DNA of 63,563 nucleotides, filler included, from Octopus bimaculoides (GCF_001194135.2; 8 parts of 8 records of this genome joined end to end with filler, not necessarily neighbours in it); one strand, 5' to 3'. Counted from the first letter of the whole stretch, positions 36,274-49,460 are shown. Notes: a model not told the origin generated them from the sequence alone. A program made the numbers and translations.

Positions 36274-39200
36274 TCATTTCGTTGGTAAGCTCGTCCATAC
36301 GTACGAATGAGCGAACGAACGAATGAAAGAATGAATGTACGTACGAACGAACGTACGTAAATAGGTACGTACGAACTAACGAACGAATGAACAAACGATC
36401 GAACGAACAAACGAACGAACGAACAAAAGAACGAACGGACGAAACTAACGAAGGAACAAACGAACGAACGAACGAAACAAACGAACGAAAGAATGAATGA
36501 ACGAACGAAAGAACGATCAAACGCACGTATGTACGTACCTACGGACAAAAGAGCGAACGAATGAACAAACTAACGACCGAACGCACATACGTACGAACGA
36601 ACAAACTTATGTGTGTACGTACGTACGAAAGAACGAACGAACGTACGTACGTTCATAAGTAAGTACGTTTGTTCATTAGTTCGTTCGTACATACGTACGT
36701 TCAATTCTATGTTCGTTCAATCATTCGTACGTACGTTTGTCCGTTTCTTTGTTCGTTCGTTTGTTCGATCGTTCTTACATACGTACGTAAATCCGTACAT
36801 TCGTACGGACGTTCGTTCGTTAGTTCTTTCGTACGTACGTACGTTCGTTCATTAGGTCATTCGTACGTACGTTCGTTCGTTCATTTATATATATGTACGT
36901 AGGAACATACGTACGTTCATTCGTTCGTAATTACGTTCCTTCTTTCGTTTATTCGTTCGTACGTACGAACTTACTTACGTACTCACGTTTTTCCTTCCTT
37001 CGATCATTTATTCATACGTACGATCGTTCGTTCGTATGTACATACGATCGTTCTTACGTACGTACGTACGTTCGTTCGTACGTACGTACATTCATTCGTT
37101 CGTTCGTACGTATGTACGTTCGTTCATTGATAAATATGTAAGTACGAATATACGTACGTTCGTTCGTTGTCTNNNNNNNNNNNNNNNNNNNNNNNNNNNN
37201 NNNNNNNNNNNNNNNNNNNNNNNNNNNNNNNNNNNNNNNNNNNNNNNNNNNNNNNNNNNNNNNNNNNNNNNNNNNNNNNNNNNNNNNNNNNNNNNNNNNN
37301 NNNNNNNNNNNNNNNNNNNNNNNNNNNNNNNNNNNNNNNNNNNNNNNNNNNNNNNNNNNNNNNNNNNNNNNNNNNNNNNNNNNNNNNNNNNNNNNNNNNN
37401 NNNNNNNNNNNNNNNNNNNNNNNNNNNNNNNNNNNNNNNNNNNNNNNNNNNNNNNNNNNNNNNNNNNNNNNNNNNNNNNNNNNNNNNNNNNNNNNNNNNN
37501 NNNNNNNNNNNNNNNNNNNNNNNNNNNNNNNNNNNNNNNNNNNNNNNNNNNNNNNNNNNNNNNNNNNNNNNNNNNNNNNNNNNNNNNNNNNNNNNNNNNN
37601 NNNNNNNNNNNNNNNNNNNNNNNNNNNNNNNNNNNNNNNNNNNNNNNNNNNNNNNNNNNNNNNNNNNNNNNNNNNNNNNNNNNNNNNNNNNNNNNNNNNN
37701 NNNNNNNNNNNNNNNNNNNNNNNNNNNNNNNNNNNNNNNNNNNNNNNNNNNNNNNNNNNNNNNNNNNNNNNNNNNNNNNNNNNNNNNNNNNNNNNNNNNN
37801 NNNNNNNNNNNNNNNNNNNNNNNNNNNNGAACGAACTAACGCACGAACAAACGAAAGAACGTATATTCGTACTTACATATGCATGAATGAACGAACAAAC
37901 GAATGAACGTGCGTATGTTCGTACGTACATATGTATGAATGAACGAACGAACGTACGTACGTACGCACGAACGATCGTACGTATGAACAAATGATCGAAG
38001 GAAGGAAAGAACGAACGAACGAACGAACGTACGTATGTACGGATTTACGTATGTAAGAACGAACGAACGATCGAACAAAGAAACAGACGAACGTACGTAC
38101 GAACAAAAGAACGAACGAACGTACGTAGGTACGAAAAAAAACTAACGAACAAAGAATTGAACGTACGTATGTACGAAGGAACAAACGAACGTACATAAAT
38201 AGGTACATATGTACGTACGTACGTATGAACGAACGAAAAAACTAACGAACGTACGTACGAACGAACGAAAGAACGTACGAACGAACGTACGAACGATTGA
38301 ACGAAAGAATGTACGTACGTACGAACGAACAAACGTACGTGCGAAGGAACGAACAAACGAATGATCGTACGTACGTACGGAAGAACGAAACAAACGATCG
38401 AACGAAACAAACGAACATACGTACGAACAAACGTACGTATATAAGTACCTACGTACGAACGAACGTAAATACGTCCGTACGTACATAACAACGAAGGAAC
38501 GAATGTACGTACGTAGGAACGAACGTACGTACGAAACATGAAAGAACGTAAGAACGAACGAACGAAAGAAGGAACAAACGAATTTACGAACAAATGTAGG
38601 TACATACGAACAAGCGTAACTACGACGGAACAAACGAACGAACGTACGTAGGAACGAACAAACGAATGAAAGTACGTACGAACGAAGGAGCGAGCGAAAG
38701 ATTGTAAGAACGAACGTACATACGAAAAAAAAAAACGAACGAACAAAGAAATGAACGTACGATCGAAAGTACGAACGATGGAACGTAGGTATGTATGTAC
38801 GTACGAAGGACCGAACGAACGTACGTAAGTAGGTACATATGTACGTACGAACGAACGAACAAAGTAACGAACGTACGCGCGTTCGTACGGTCGGTCATTC
38901 TTACGCACGTACGTAAGTTCGTTCGTATTTAGTAACGTACGTCCGTTCGTTCGTTGGATCGTTCGTACGTACTTACTTATGAACGTACGTACGCACATCC
39001 GTTCGTTCGGTCGTTAATTTGTTCATTCGTTCGCTCTTTTGTCCGTAGATAGGTACGTACGTACATTAATTCATTCGTACGTACGTGCGTTTGATCGTTC
39101 TTTCGTCTGTTCATTCGTACGTACGTTCGTTCGTTCGCTCGTTTGTTCGTTCATTTGTTTGTTTCGTTCGTTCGTTTGTTCGTTCGTACGTTCGTTCATA

Positions 39201-42045
39201 CGTATATACATAAGTAAATACGTACGTTCGATCGTTCGTTCATTTCGTTGGTATGCTCGTACGTACGTACGAATGAGCGAACGAACGAACAAACGAAAGA
39301 AGGAACGAACGTACGTATATTCGTACTTACATATGTATGAATGAATGAACGAACGAACGAGCGTGCGTATGTTCGTACGTACATATGTATGAATGAACGA
39401 ACGGACGGACGAAGGAACGCATGAAACGAACGAACGTACGTACGAAAGAACTAACGAACGAGGCAACGAACGAACGTCCGTACGTATGTACAGATTTACG
39501 TATGTAAGAACGAACGAATGTAGGTACGAGAAAAAAACGAACGAACAAAGAATTGAACGTACGTATGTACGAACGAACTAACGAACAAACGAACGTACAT
39601 AAATAGGTACATATGTACGTACGTACGTATGAACGAACGAACAAACTAACGAACGAACGTACGAAAGAATGAACGAACGATTGAACGAAAGAATGTACGT
39701 ACGTACGAAAGAACGAACAAACATACGTGCGAAGGAACGAACGAATGATCGTACGTACGTACGGAAGAACGAACGAACGGTCGAACAAAACAAACAAGCG
39801 AATGAACGAACGAGCGAAAGAACTTACGTATGTACGAACAAACCAAGGAACGAATGAACAAACAAACGTACGTAGGAACGAACGCATGTGCGAACGAAAG
39901 AGAGATCGAACGAAAAAACAAACGAACGTACGTACATACATCCGTACGTAGGAACGAGCGAAGGAAAGTACGAACGAAAGAACTAACGTACGTCCGTACG
40001 TACTAGGGAACAAACGAAAGAACGATTGAACGTATGTAGGTACGAACGAAGTAACGAATGAACGTACGTAGTTAGGTACGTAGGAACGAACGAACGTACG
40101 TAAGTACGAATGAACGAAGGTACGAACGAACGAAAGAAAGAACGTAAGTACGAACGTATGTTCCTACGTACATATATATGGATAAACGAACGAAGGAACG
40201 AATGAAACGAACGTACGTAAGGAAGAACTAATGAACGAACGTCCTTACGTATGTACGGATTTGCGTACGTAAGTACGTATGTAAGAACGAACGAACGATC
40301 GAACAAGCGAACGAACAAAGAAACGGACGAACGTACGTAGGTACGAAAAAAAAACCAACGAACAAAGAATTGAACGTACGTATGTACGAACGAACTAACG
40401 AACAAACGTACTTACTTATGAACGTACGTACGTTCATTCGTTCTATTGTTCGTTATTTCTTTCGTACGTACGTGCGTTCGGTTGTCCTTTCGTTCGGTCG
40501 TTAGTTTGTTCATTCGTTCGCTCTTTTGTCCGTAGGTACGTACGTACATTAATTCATTCGTACGTACATATGTGCTTACATACGTACGTGCGTTCGATCG
40601 TTCGTTCGTTCTTTCGTTAGTTTGTTCGTACGTACGTTCGTTCGTTCACTCGTCTGTTTGTTCTTTCGTTCGTTCGTTCATTCTTCCGTTCGTTCGTTCG
40701 TTTCTTCGTTAGTTTCGTACGTTCTGTCGTACGTACGTTCGTTCATTTGTTCCTTCTTTCGATCGTTTGTTCGTACATACGTACGTTCGTTAGTTCGTAC
40801 GTTCATTCATTCATACGTATATACATATGTAAATACGTACGTTCGATCGTTCGTTCGTTCATTTCGTTGGTAAGCTCGTACGTACGTACCAATGAGCGAA
40901 CGAACGATATGAACGAACGAACGTATATTCGTACTTACATATGTATGAATGTACGAGCGTGCGTATGTTCGTACGTACATATGTATGAATGAACGAACGA
41001 ACGTAAGTAAGTTCGTACGTACGAACGAATAAACGAAAGAAGGAACGTAATTACGAACGAACGGAAGAACGAACGTACCCATATTCCTACGTACATATAT
41101 ATGAATGAACGAACGAACGAACGTAAGTATGTATGTACGTACAAAGGACCGAACGAACGTATGTAAGTAGGTACATATGTTCGTACGAACGAACGAACAA
41201 AGTAACGAACGTACGCACGTTCGGTCTTTCGTTCGTTGGATCGTTCGTACGTACTTACTTATGAACGTTCATTCGTTCGTTCGTTCTTTCGTACGTACGC
41301 ACATCCGTTCGTTCGTTCGTTAATTTGTTCGTTCGCTCGGTCGTTACTTTGTCCATTCGTTCGCTCTTTTGTCCGTAGGTACGTACGTACGTACATTAAT
41401 TCATTCGTACGTACCTACGTACGTATGTGATTACGTACATGCGTCTGATCGTTCTTTCGTTTGTTCATTCGTCCGTTTGTTTGTACGTACGTTCGTTCGC
41501 TCCTTTGTTCTTTCGTTCGTTCGTTCATTCTTCCGTTCGTTTGTTCCTTCGTTAGTTTCGTACGTTCGTTCTTTTGTTCTTTTGTTCGTTCTTTCGTTCG
41601 TTCTTTCGTTTGATCGTTGGTTAGTTCGTACGTACGTTCGTTTGTTCGTTCGTTCGTACTTACGTACGTACTTTCGTTTGTTCGTATGTACGTACGTTCG
41701 ATCTTTCGTTCGTTAATTTCGTTGGTAAGCTCGTTCGTACGTACGTACGAATGAGCGAACGAACGATATGAACAAACTAACGAACGAACGTACGTACGTA
41801 TATTCGTACTTACATTCGTTCGTTCGTACATTCGTACGTACGAAAAAATGATCGAAGGAAGGAAAGAACGTGCGTACGTACAAACGAATAAACGAAAGAA
41901 GGAACGTAATTACGAACGAAAGAAAGAACGAACGTACGTATGTTCCTACGTACATATAAATGAATGAACGAACGAACGATCGTACGTACGTACGTACGAA
42001 CGAACGTACGGACGGACGAATGAACGAATAAAACGAACGAATAAA
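36274..42045. repeat. Complex CGAA/CGTA tetranucleotide-derived higher-order satellite with alternating strand polarity
   Basis: Blocks of (CGAA)-type alternate with (TTCG)-type, interspersed with (CGTA)n; junction ATTTCGTTGGTA(A/T)GCTCGT recurs at ~36275, 39241, 40860, 41715; gap at 37173-37829. Confidence 0.95.
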
Positions 42046-42119
42046 CTCATATTTATTTATATATATATATTTATTAATATATGTATATATTTATATATTT
42101 ATTCATACATATTTCTTTC

Positions 42120-42312
42120 ATATCTCTTTTACTCTTTTATTTGTTTCAGTCATTTGACTGCGGCCATGCTGGAGCACCGCCTTTAGTCGAGAAAATCAAC
42201 CCAAGGACTTATTCTTTCTAAGCCTAGTACTTATTCTATCGGTCTTTTTGCCAAACCGTTATTATTTATATATATATATATATATATATATTTATTTATT
42301 TATCTATTTATT

Positions 42313-42345
<33 letters not shown>

Positions 42346-42635
42346 ATTTATATATATATATTTTTTATATATATTTTTGTTTATATTTCTTTATATATAT
42401 ATATTTATTTATATATATTTATGTATATATTTCCTTATATATATATATTTCTTTATATATATATATTTATTGATATATATATACATTTATTTATATATAT
42501 TTATTTATATATATGTATATTTATTTATATATATTTATTTATTTATATATATTTATTTCTATATATATTTATTTGTATACATTTATTGATATATATATAT
42601 TTTTAATATATATTTATTTATATATTTATATTTAG

Positions 42636-42671
<36 letters not shown>

Positions 42672-42987
42672 TCATTTATATATATATATTTATTTATATA
42701 TATATCTATTTATTAAATTTATTTAAGTATATTTATTTATATATATTTGTTTATTTATATATATATTTATATTTATTTATATATATATATTTATTTATAT
42801 TTATTGATATATATTTATTGATATATATTTATTTATATATATATATATATTTATATATATATCCCTTTATATATATATATATTTATTTATATATATATAT
42901 ATATATATTTATTTATATATATTTATTTATATATATTTATTTAAATATATTTATTTATATATATGTATTTATTTGTATATATTCATC

Positions 42988-43021
<34 letters not shown>

Positions 43022-43039
43022 CCTTTATATATATATATA
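42120..43039 (-). repeat. SINE family A tail followed by ~770 bp of TA/TTTA-derived complex repeat
   Basis: Tail reverse motif CAGTCATTTGACTGCGGCCATGCTGGAGCACCGCC at ~42148-42182; from ~42265 the sequence is almost purely A/T. Confidence 0.85.
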
Positions 43040-43139
43040 NNNNNNNNNNNNNNNNNNNNNNNNNNNNNNNNNNNNNNNNNNNNTTAATTAATTAANNNNN
43101 NNNNNNNNNNNNNNNNNNNNNNNNNNNNNNNNNNNNNNN
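43040..43139. other. Artificial scaffold linker
   Basis: 44 N + TTAATTAATTAA + 44 N. Confidence 0.95.
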
Positions 43140-43513
43140 CTCCAGCTGTTGTATCAATATGAATAGCTTAGAATAAAATTTCACTGGAAATAGATTATCA
43201 AAATTTAATAAGAGGAGAGGGGGGTCTTAAATCAATAAGCGGGGGGATAAAAGTGGGGGTGGGTGGAAAAAATCTGAAAAACTAATAAGCAGGGGAGGGA
43301 TGATTATTCAAGACCCCAGAGTAGCTTACTCTTCTCCCTTTTAATATGAGAGCCTTTGTTTCTCTGAGATTTTTTTGGTAACTCTTATCTTTCTGTGAAG
43401 CCGGTCACACTGGCAAACAAGCAGTCACTTAGACACAGCTTCTGTTGATGTTATTATGGCTGTCAACTGCTATAGTCAAAGAGATGATGGTAATGTTGTA
43501 AAACTCAGCGGAC

Positions 43514-43764
43514 TCATAACTGAGCTGGTGATAGTGTTGCACATGAGATTGGTAATCTTCTTATTGTTTCTGCTTTCACTTTCCCAGTCAGAAGAGGAAT
43601 GACAGTGACAACACTTGTGACCAGGAGAACAAGGTAGCCAGTTGAAATCATAAAGGTATAATTGGTGTTGCTCTTATTATTTCTGGGTTTGACATGTTGT
43701 TTATAGATGTGCTTCTCTTCCCAACAGCTGTTGTCACAATCAATACATGCACATGCATTTGCTG
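43514..43764 (-). CDS. Candidate terminal coding exon of an unidentified single-pass membrane protein
   Basis: Pyrimidine-rich NAGNAG acceptor (TTTTCTGTGTAG|CAG); open frame ANACACIDCDNSCWEEKH..FMISTGYLVLLVTSVVTVIPLL..PAQL* in unique sequence. Upstream exons not found. Confidence 0.4.
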
Positions 43765-44769
43765 CTACACAGAAAATTTTTTGGAAATAAAACACTTTAA
43801 AGGGTACATCGTTTTAAAGCCTTCAGTTTTTTAGCAATGTCTTAAGCAATATTAAAGATAAACTTTCCAAACATGGTCAAAGTTACAGAGTGTCAATATT
43901 TACAATCAGAGCAGCTTGGATAGGAAAATAATAACTTAGGCACAAAGTGCCAAATTTTGGGGACAGGTGTAGTCAATAACAGGAACGTCAATACATAACT
44001 GGTACTTATTTTACTAATTCAGATGAAGGAAAGGTAGAATTAATCTCATAGAATTTGAACCCAAAACATGGTGGTGGTGATAGTGGTGGTGGTGGTGGCA
44101 GCAGTAGTAGTAATAGTAGTAGTAACATAGACACATATGACATATTTGAAGGAGGAGTACAGTCAATTAAGCTGACTCCCAATACACAACTAATACTTAT
44201 ATCAACTCCAGAAGTATGAAAAACAAATTCAACTCCAACAAGACTTAAGCTTATATATGCAACAAAATCCTACCAAAATATAATAGTAACAATAATTTAA
44301 ACAACTATCATTAAGATAAAAGGAAATAATTTTTAATACCAAATCTTTTTAAAAACTTTTTTAGTTCAATAAATTTTATAAAATTTCAATTTAAATGGAA
44401 GATAAATAGTTCAATCAAAATTACATTATAGAAAAATAAATAACATTGGAAAATAAATAAACTCATGCATTAGAAGGGAATTGCATAAATGAATGTGACT
44501 GTATGCATGGTAAGTAAAATGAATAGCTTGGTTTGCAAATATTTTTATGATAAAAGAACAAATGTCAATATGAATCACAGTAGCATGAAGGAGAGGAGAG
44601 ATGAATACTACCATCGCAGATATGGTGCTCGTCAGTTATAGGTAATAAATCTGGTAGCTAATGACCAAAGTTTGCTGAATTGTAATATAGATAACAATTT
44701 TGATTTTCAATTTACTTTAAAGAATGAAAATGCTCATTTCCTTTCTTAGTCCTCATTGATAAGGTATAA

Positions 44770-45020
44770 ATGGCTTTATTTAATAGAATCAGTGTTCAGT
44801 TCGAATTTTCTAAAGTCAGTGGTTGGAGAGAAAACATAGGTATGAGAATGAGTGGCAGAGATCTGGCAAGGATTGGGAAATGCATAGTACAAGGCCTGGG
44901 AGTAAGGCAATATGAGAAATGAGAGGAGGCAAAGTAGGTGATATACAACTAACAAATTCAAGAGAAAACTTCTTATAATTTCAATACAAGAAGCAGGAAG
45001 AGAATACAGCCCACCCATGC
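44770..45020 (-). mobile_element. Old L2/CR1/Jockey-like LINE 3' fragment
   Basis: TYVFSPTTDFRKFELNTDSIK* resembles the LP..VFP...DL..FK C-terminal motif of these LINEs. Confidence 0.45.
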
Positions 45021-45239
45021 TTATTTGGATAATTTTGTTTTTGCAATTAAGAATATGTGTATGCTTATATAAAAATCATCCCTGAGGTCTGAGCAGAATT
45101 CTATTGTAGGTTAAATCTATGCCTTTCAAAACCGTGTTACTGAGAGAGAGAACATCTGTAATGGCTATGAACTGATGACCTTCTACCCTCAGTTTTAAAC
45201 CTTGTTAATCTACTTCTATTTCATAAACTCATAAGTGTT

Positions 45240-46960
45240 AGCAATGACTGAGTCAATACAGTATCAGACACCCAGCCAAAAGACTAGTAGTTCATATCTT
45301 GTTATCAGCACTACACCATGTCTATGACCAAGATCTTAAACTCTAAATAACCAAATCTACAAGCTCTACAAAGTCAATCAAGTAGTATCATTATAAAACA
45401 AGATCCATTCAAAAACTACTGCAAGTTTGGGTGATGTTAGAAGTGCTAATAGTATACAAACCAACTCACTGAAACACATGAATTGGAGCACCAAAACTAC
45501 TCTGCTGATTGATAATCAACAGCATTCCTTAGTATGACAGACTGCTAACGAAATCTGTGACCAGAAAAGGCAAATAAAGTAGAATTAAAAGCCTCCAGCC
45601 AACAGGATAACCTTCACTAATGGATTACCCACTTTCAGCATCTTGGGAAACCATCAATCATTACTGACATGCTTGTAGAAACTAGTATAAACTACAAACT
45701 GAATATCAAAGTGAGTAACTACACAGCAGATGAACTAACAGTGCTCTGACTAAAAAGATATTTGAAACCAGATCATTTAATGATACACTTTAACTGATTA
45801 ACTCTGTCTACAGTCAAAATCCACCCAATAAATAGACTGAAGACTGTATCCTCCCTTTGTTTGAAAAAGGTGACTTGACTTAGCAGAGAGTTACTGGGGT
45901 ATTAGCAGCTGGAATCCGAGAAAATTTTTCATTAACTGTCTAATAGATGGTGTTTCAGTAAAGAAGCTTCCAGCCTTTCTGTTATTTGTACATTACTCAG
46001 TTCACAAACATAAGATACTATAAATTCTACCGATCTATGGAATCCTTCAAGAAATAGTAGATACTCTACAGAAACATTTGAGCATAGAATTTTTTTAGAT
46101 TTTTTTTTATGGTGTTTTACAAGGAGACACTAGCATCTTTCTTATTCATACTCTGTCTTGACTATGTTCTCTACATTTCAATAGATTACAACATGGAACA
46201 TGGCATTATCTTCACAAAATTAAGAAGTTCCAGATACCTAGCTTCTACAATAACAGATGCAGAGTTATCTGAAGACTTAACCCTAATATTGTTTACAATA
46301 GGAGCCACTATCCTCTTTCACATTCTGAAAGATGCCACAAGAGGCATTAATCCTTATGTAACACTAGAAAAATTAAATTCATCAATTACAACTTGGAGGG
46401 GATGATCACTTCATTGTCTAAGATTGATAAAACCAGTAAACTTTTTTACATACCAACATGTATCAACAAAGTTTATACAATACTTTAGTGTCAACATTAT
46501 ACAGATATCTCACCTTTTAAAGTATCTAAACAGGAACTTTTTTCATGAAGTGTTTGAATCTGCAATACTTTATGACTCTTCTACATGGATACTAACAAGA
46601 AGGTTTGAAAGTATACTTGATGGCACCTACATGTGCATGCATCATGCTATTTTGAAAATGTCCAGGAAAGAACATCCTATACAAGAAAGACTGTACAAAA
46701 AGCTTCCAAAATCCTACAGTATCAAACACTATTCAAGAAAGAAAAGTTTACTTTGCTTTCTGTTGAAGTAAGGAGGAGCTGATTACTGACACTCTCTTCT
46801 GGACAGCTTGACATAACCATAATTGTATTGGTTGCCCCATAGAAACAAATATTACTGGATGTCATTGGGTGGAATTATCACCTGTCATGGCAAATAGAAA
46901 TGAGTATAGGATCAGGGTCGAGTGAATTCAAGCACGCTTGATCTGAAGATGATGATAATG
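45240..46960 (+). mobile_element. RTE-X-like LINE, heavily decayed RT region
   Basis: YKETLASFLFILCLDYVL..RSSRYLASTITDAELSEDL (decayed QGDTLAPFLF..YADD), FESAILYDSSTWILT..LDGTY; ends in GATGATGATAATG. Confidence 0.85.
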
Positions 46961-47426
46961 GCTATCATTACCACTTCTAAGTGAACTAAAAAAAAAGTAA
47001 CTATCTTCAATACAAAAAAGTAAACCCTACTACCTCTGAATAAATATTTGCTAACCTTTCTTAAAATTTAAATACTCGTTACTATTGAAAAATGTCAGGC
47101 AACATGAGTTCATCTAGGCATTTCAATTACATTTGTAAAAATATCTATCCTGGTTATATTAGCATGAAAAATATGGATGTGCAACAGTTGCTTAATTAGC
47201 AACAGAAACAAGAGGCATCAGCTCTTAAAAAATAATTATAAGAAAACAAATGAATGTCACATAATTCCTTAAATTATTAAGGATATCAAAAAATATTTTG
47301 TCTTCATATAATGAACCTACTGCAATAAGATATCTTATAATTCATTAAGTTCCCACAGAAAACATGGTGAAAAATAATATAGATATAAAAGAACTGAAAG
47401 AAAAAGTAATATTTATCTGAAAGAAT

Positions 47427-47923
47427 TTATGAAGGGAAAATTTTATAATCAGGATTCCATTCTGTTAGGATGCCAATGTAGGAGGAAATCATTCCCAGAA
47501 GGCCCAATACTCCAGGGGAAAGGTTAACATGATGTAACATGGCCATAGGTAAAGGTAAGTCTGTGGTATTACGTATTAGATCAAACAATAATGGCTTGTT
47601 TTTCAGCAAACTAAAAACATACAGCTGTAACTGAGAGCAATTCTTCATAGCAGTGTTGTTAGTTATACACCCCAGTTGGTAAAAGTCTCTTCCAATGCTG
47701 CATAAAATACTTGCCAGCCAGAACTGGGCAGATAATTCAGAAATCTTAGAGCGATTGATCTTTAAAATACCAACACGGTCCAACCAAATTAAATTATCAA
47801 ACAGCAGATACAAGGCATTATTGATCTTCGCTAAAGAGATCAAGGTTCTCAAGACTATATCATCAACATGTAAAGTCTTTAATGTACTGTTCAGCAGTTC
47901 AAAACTTTTCCCAAAACGAAACA
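47427..47923 (-). CDS. PEX11: Peroxisomal membrane protein 11 (PEX11A/B-like), 3' terminal coding exon (497 nt, phase 1)
   Basis: Acceptor TTTTCTTTTCAG|TG; intact frame xFRFGKSFE..LAKINNALYLLFDNLIWLDRVG..RDFYQL..PLLFDLIRNTTDLPLP..SPGVLGLLGMISSYIGILT..FPS* matches conserved PEX11 motifs; the intron position matches the RK-x-FR junction recalled from vertebrate PEX11. Confidence 0.92.
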
Positions 47924-48249
47924 CTGAAAAGAAAATAAATAGATAAATAAATAAAATTGATGTAATTACAAAATGAAATTTCTGTTGAATTTTAAAAAAT
48001 CAAAACATCAATTAAACTGAATTAAATTTTGAAAAGAACTTAAAACACTTCAATATGATTTACAAACACTTAAAACATAGGATTCATTAGATATGAGTTA
48101 GAGTTCAAGGAGGCAATTCACACAGAAAAATCTAAAAATGAACAAAATACCAGTTTATATTAACAGCTCACTTATGCTGTGCTGTGTGCCTTGCAAAATA
48201 CATTTTGTTGGTTCAGTACATACAGTAGAAAAATAGATGCTATTTAAAT

Positions 48250-48990
48250 CAGTGGTTCCCAGACTTTGTCAGACTGCCATCCCCTTGGCACTCAGGCCAC
48301 ATTCTTGATGCCCACACTCCATACCACCACAAACATAGACCTCTTTCTACTACAAATTCTAACAACTGTATTTCACAAATAAAACAACCCATTATTTTGT
48401 TGTTTTTACAATATGAAAGAGTAAATTTACATCTCACCTGTAACTATGTTGTTTTCATATTTTTAATGTGATGGATGTATATTGTGCAAGAATATCAGCT
48501 TTTCGATGTTTGGCTGAAAGGTACTAAGAAGTAGTCTCAGATCTCTGTGTTCAATAATTTTCAGTCAGTTTCCTCACTTAGAAAGAATCAGAGCAGCTGC
48601 ACAGAAACCCCGCTCCACAAAATATGATATTGGAAAGACAATAAAGTACATCTTAAGTTTGTTCCACAGTGCAGGGTAGCAGTCAGAAATGTCCTTTTGC
48701 AATAAAAAACCTTAGCATGATTTCCTGAACTTTGGCCTCAGCTCAATGTCATTTTGAAGTGAAACCAGCTCTTTCTCCACTATTCTTATTTCCTCATTAC
48801 TGATTATAGAGTGTTTTGCAAACACACTAAGTATAACTTTTTTAATAAACTGATGAAGCACCGATGACAACCTACCATCAATGGTATCCTGTCTATTGCT
48901 CAAACACAAAATACTGACATTTCTTTTGTATTTGTTTCTCGTCTTACAATCAATAGCTTTTTGAATCAAATGTTAATCTTTGACAAAACA
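48250..48990 (-). mobile_element. hAT (Buster/SCAND3-like) transposon 3' remnant in the intron upstream of the PEX11 exon
   Basis: TIR CAGTGGTTCCCAGACT at 48250 preceded by ATTTAAAT; minus-strand remnant ELVSLQNDIELRPKF..YPALWNKLKMYFIVFPISYFVERGF..DLRLLL..LHNIHPSH* (hATC dimerisation domain), stop at 48463-48465. Confidence 0.85.
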
Positions 48991-49460
48991 AACATAAGCA
49001 AGAAACATACTTTTATTGTTTGGCAAAGGGGACTAATCTAACTGTAAGCTAATTTTGGTTGTTCTAAGTATGTTGCACAATATATCTTCAATGTTATAGT
49101 ATTCTACATTTTAAAATACTTGTAACATGCATTTTTCGAGAAAAAAATTTTGTACTTCCACTTCATTTTAATTTTCTGGATTAAAATCACGAAAATAAAA
49201 AAAAGGAAATTCATATTCATGCATGATAACTTACCAAACAATTTTTCCTGAATAAAGATGGCTAATATGTGTTTCAGAATGTGGAATATTGCAACATGAT
49301 GAAAAATAATAATAAAAAAAGGGTGGCTTGTATTCCAATTGTGTAGGGATGAGTAGACATTTAAAAAAGCATTGATTAAAATGTTTTAAAGAAAGTTCAC
49401 TGGCAAGTGTTTTGAAACATATTTTAAAATATACTACAAAATATATGTAATATATTATAT

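Noticed and set aside
36218-41955. ORFs rich in RSFVRTY / NERTN repeats
   Set aside because: Tetramer repeats lacking stop codons; no coding signal.
36274-42045. CRISPR-like reading of the recurring junction
   Set aside because: Eukaryotic context, intervals of 0.85-1.6 kb made of homologous low-complexity DNA rather than unique spacers, and no cas genes.
44480-44650. Minus-strand SCYCDSY-TGA as a somatomedin-B or selenocysteine exon
   Set aside because: The following residues lack the expected CC, splice sites are weak, and no SECIS was identified.
44776-45018. ORF with a signal-peptide-like hydrophobic start as an upstream exon of the 43.5-kb candidate
   Set aside because: It ends in a stop without a usable donor, and its C-terminus looks like a LINE remnant.
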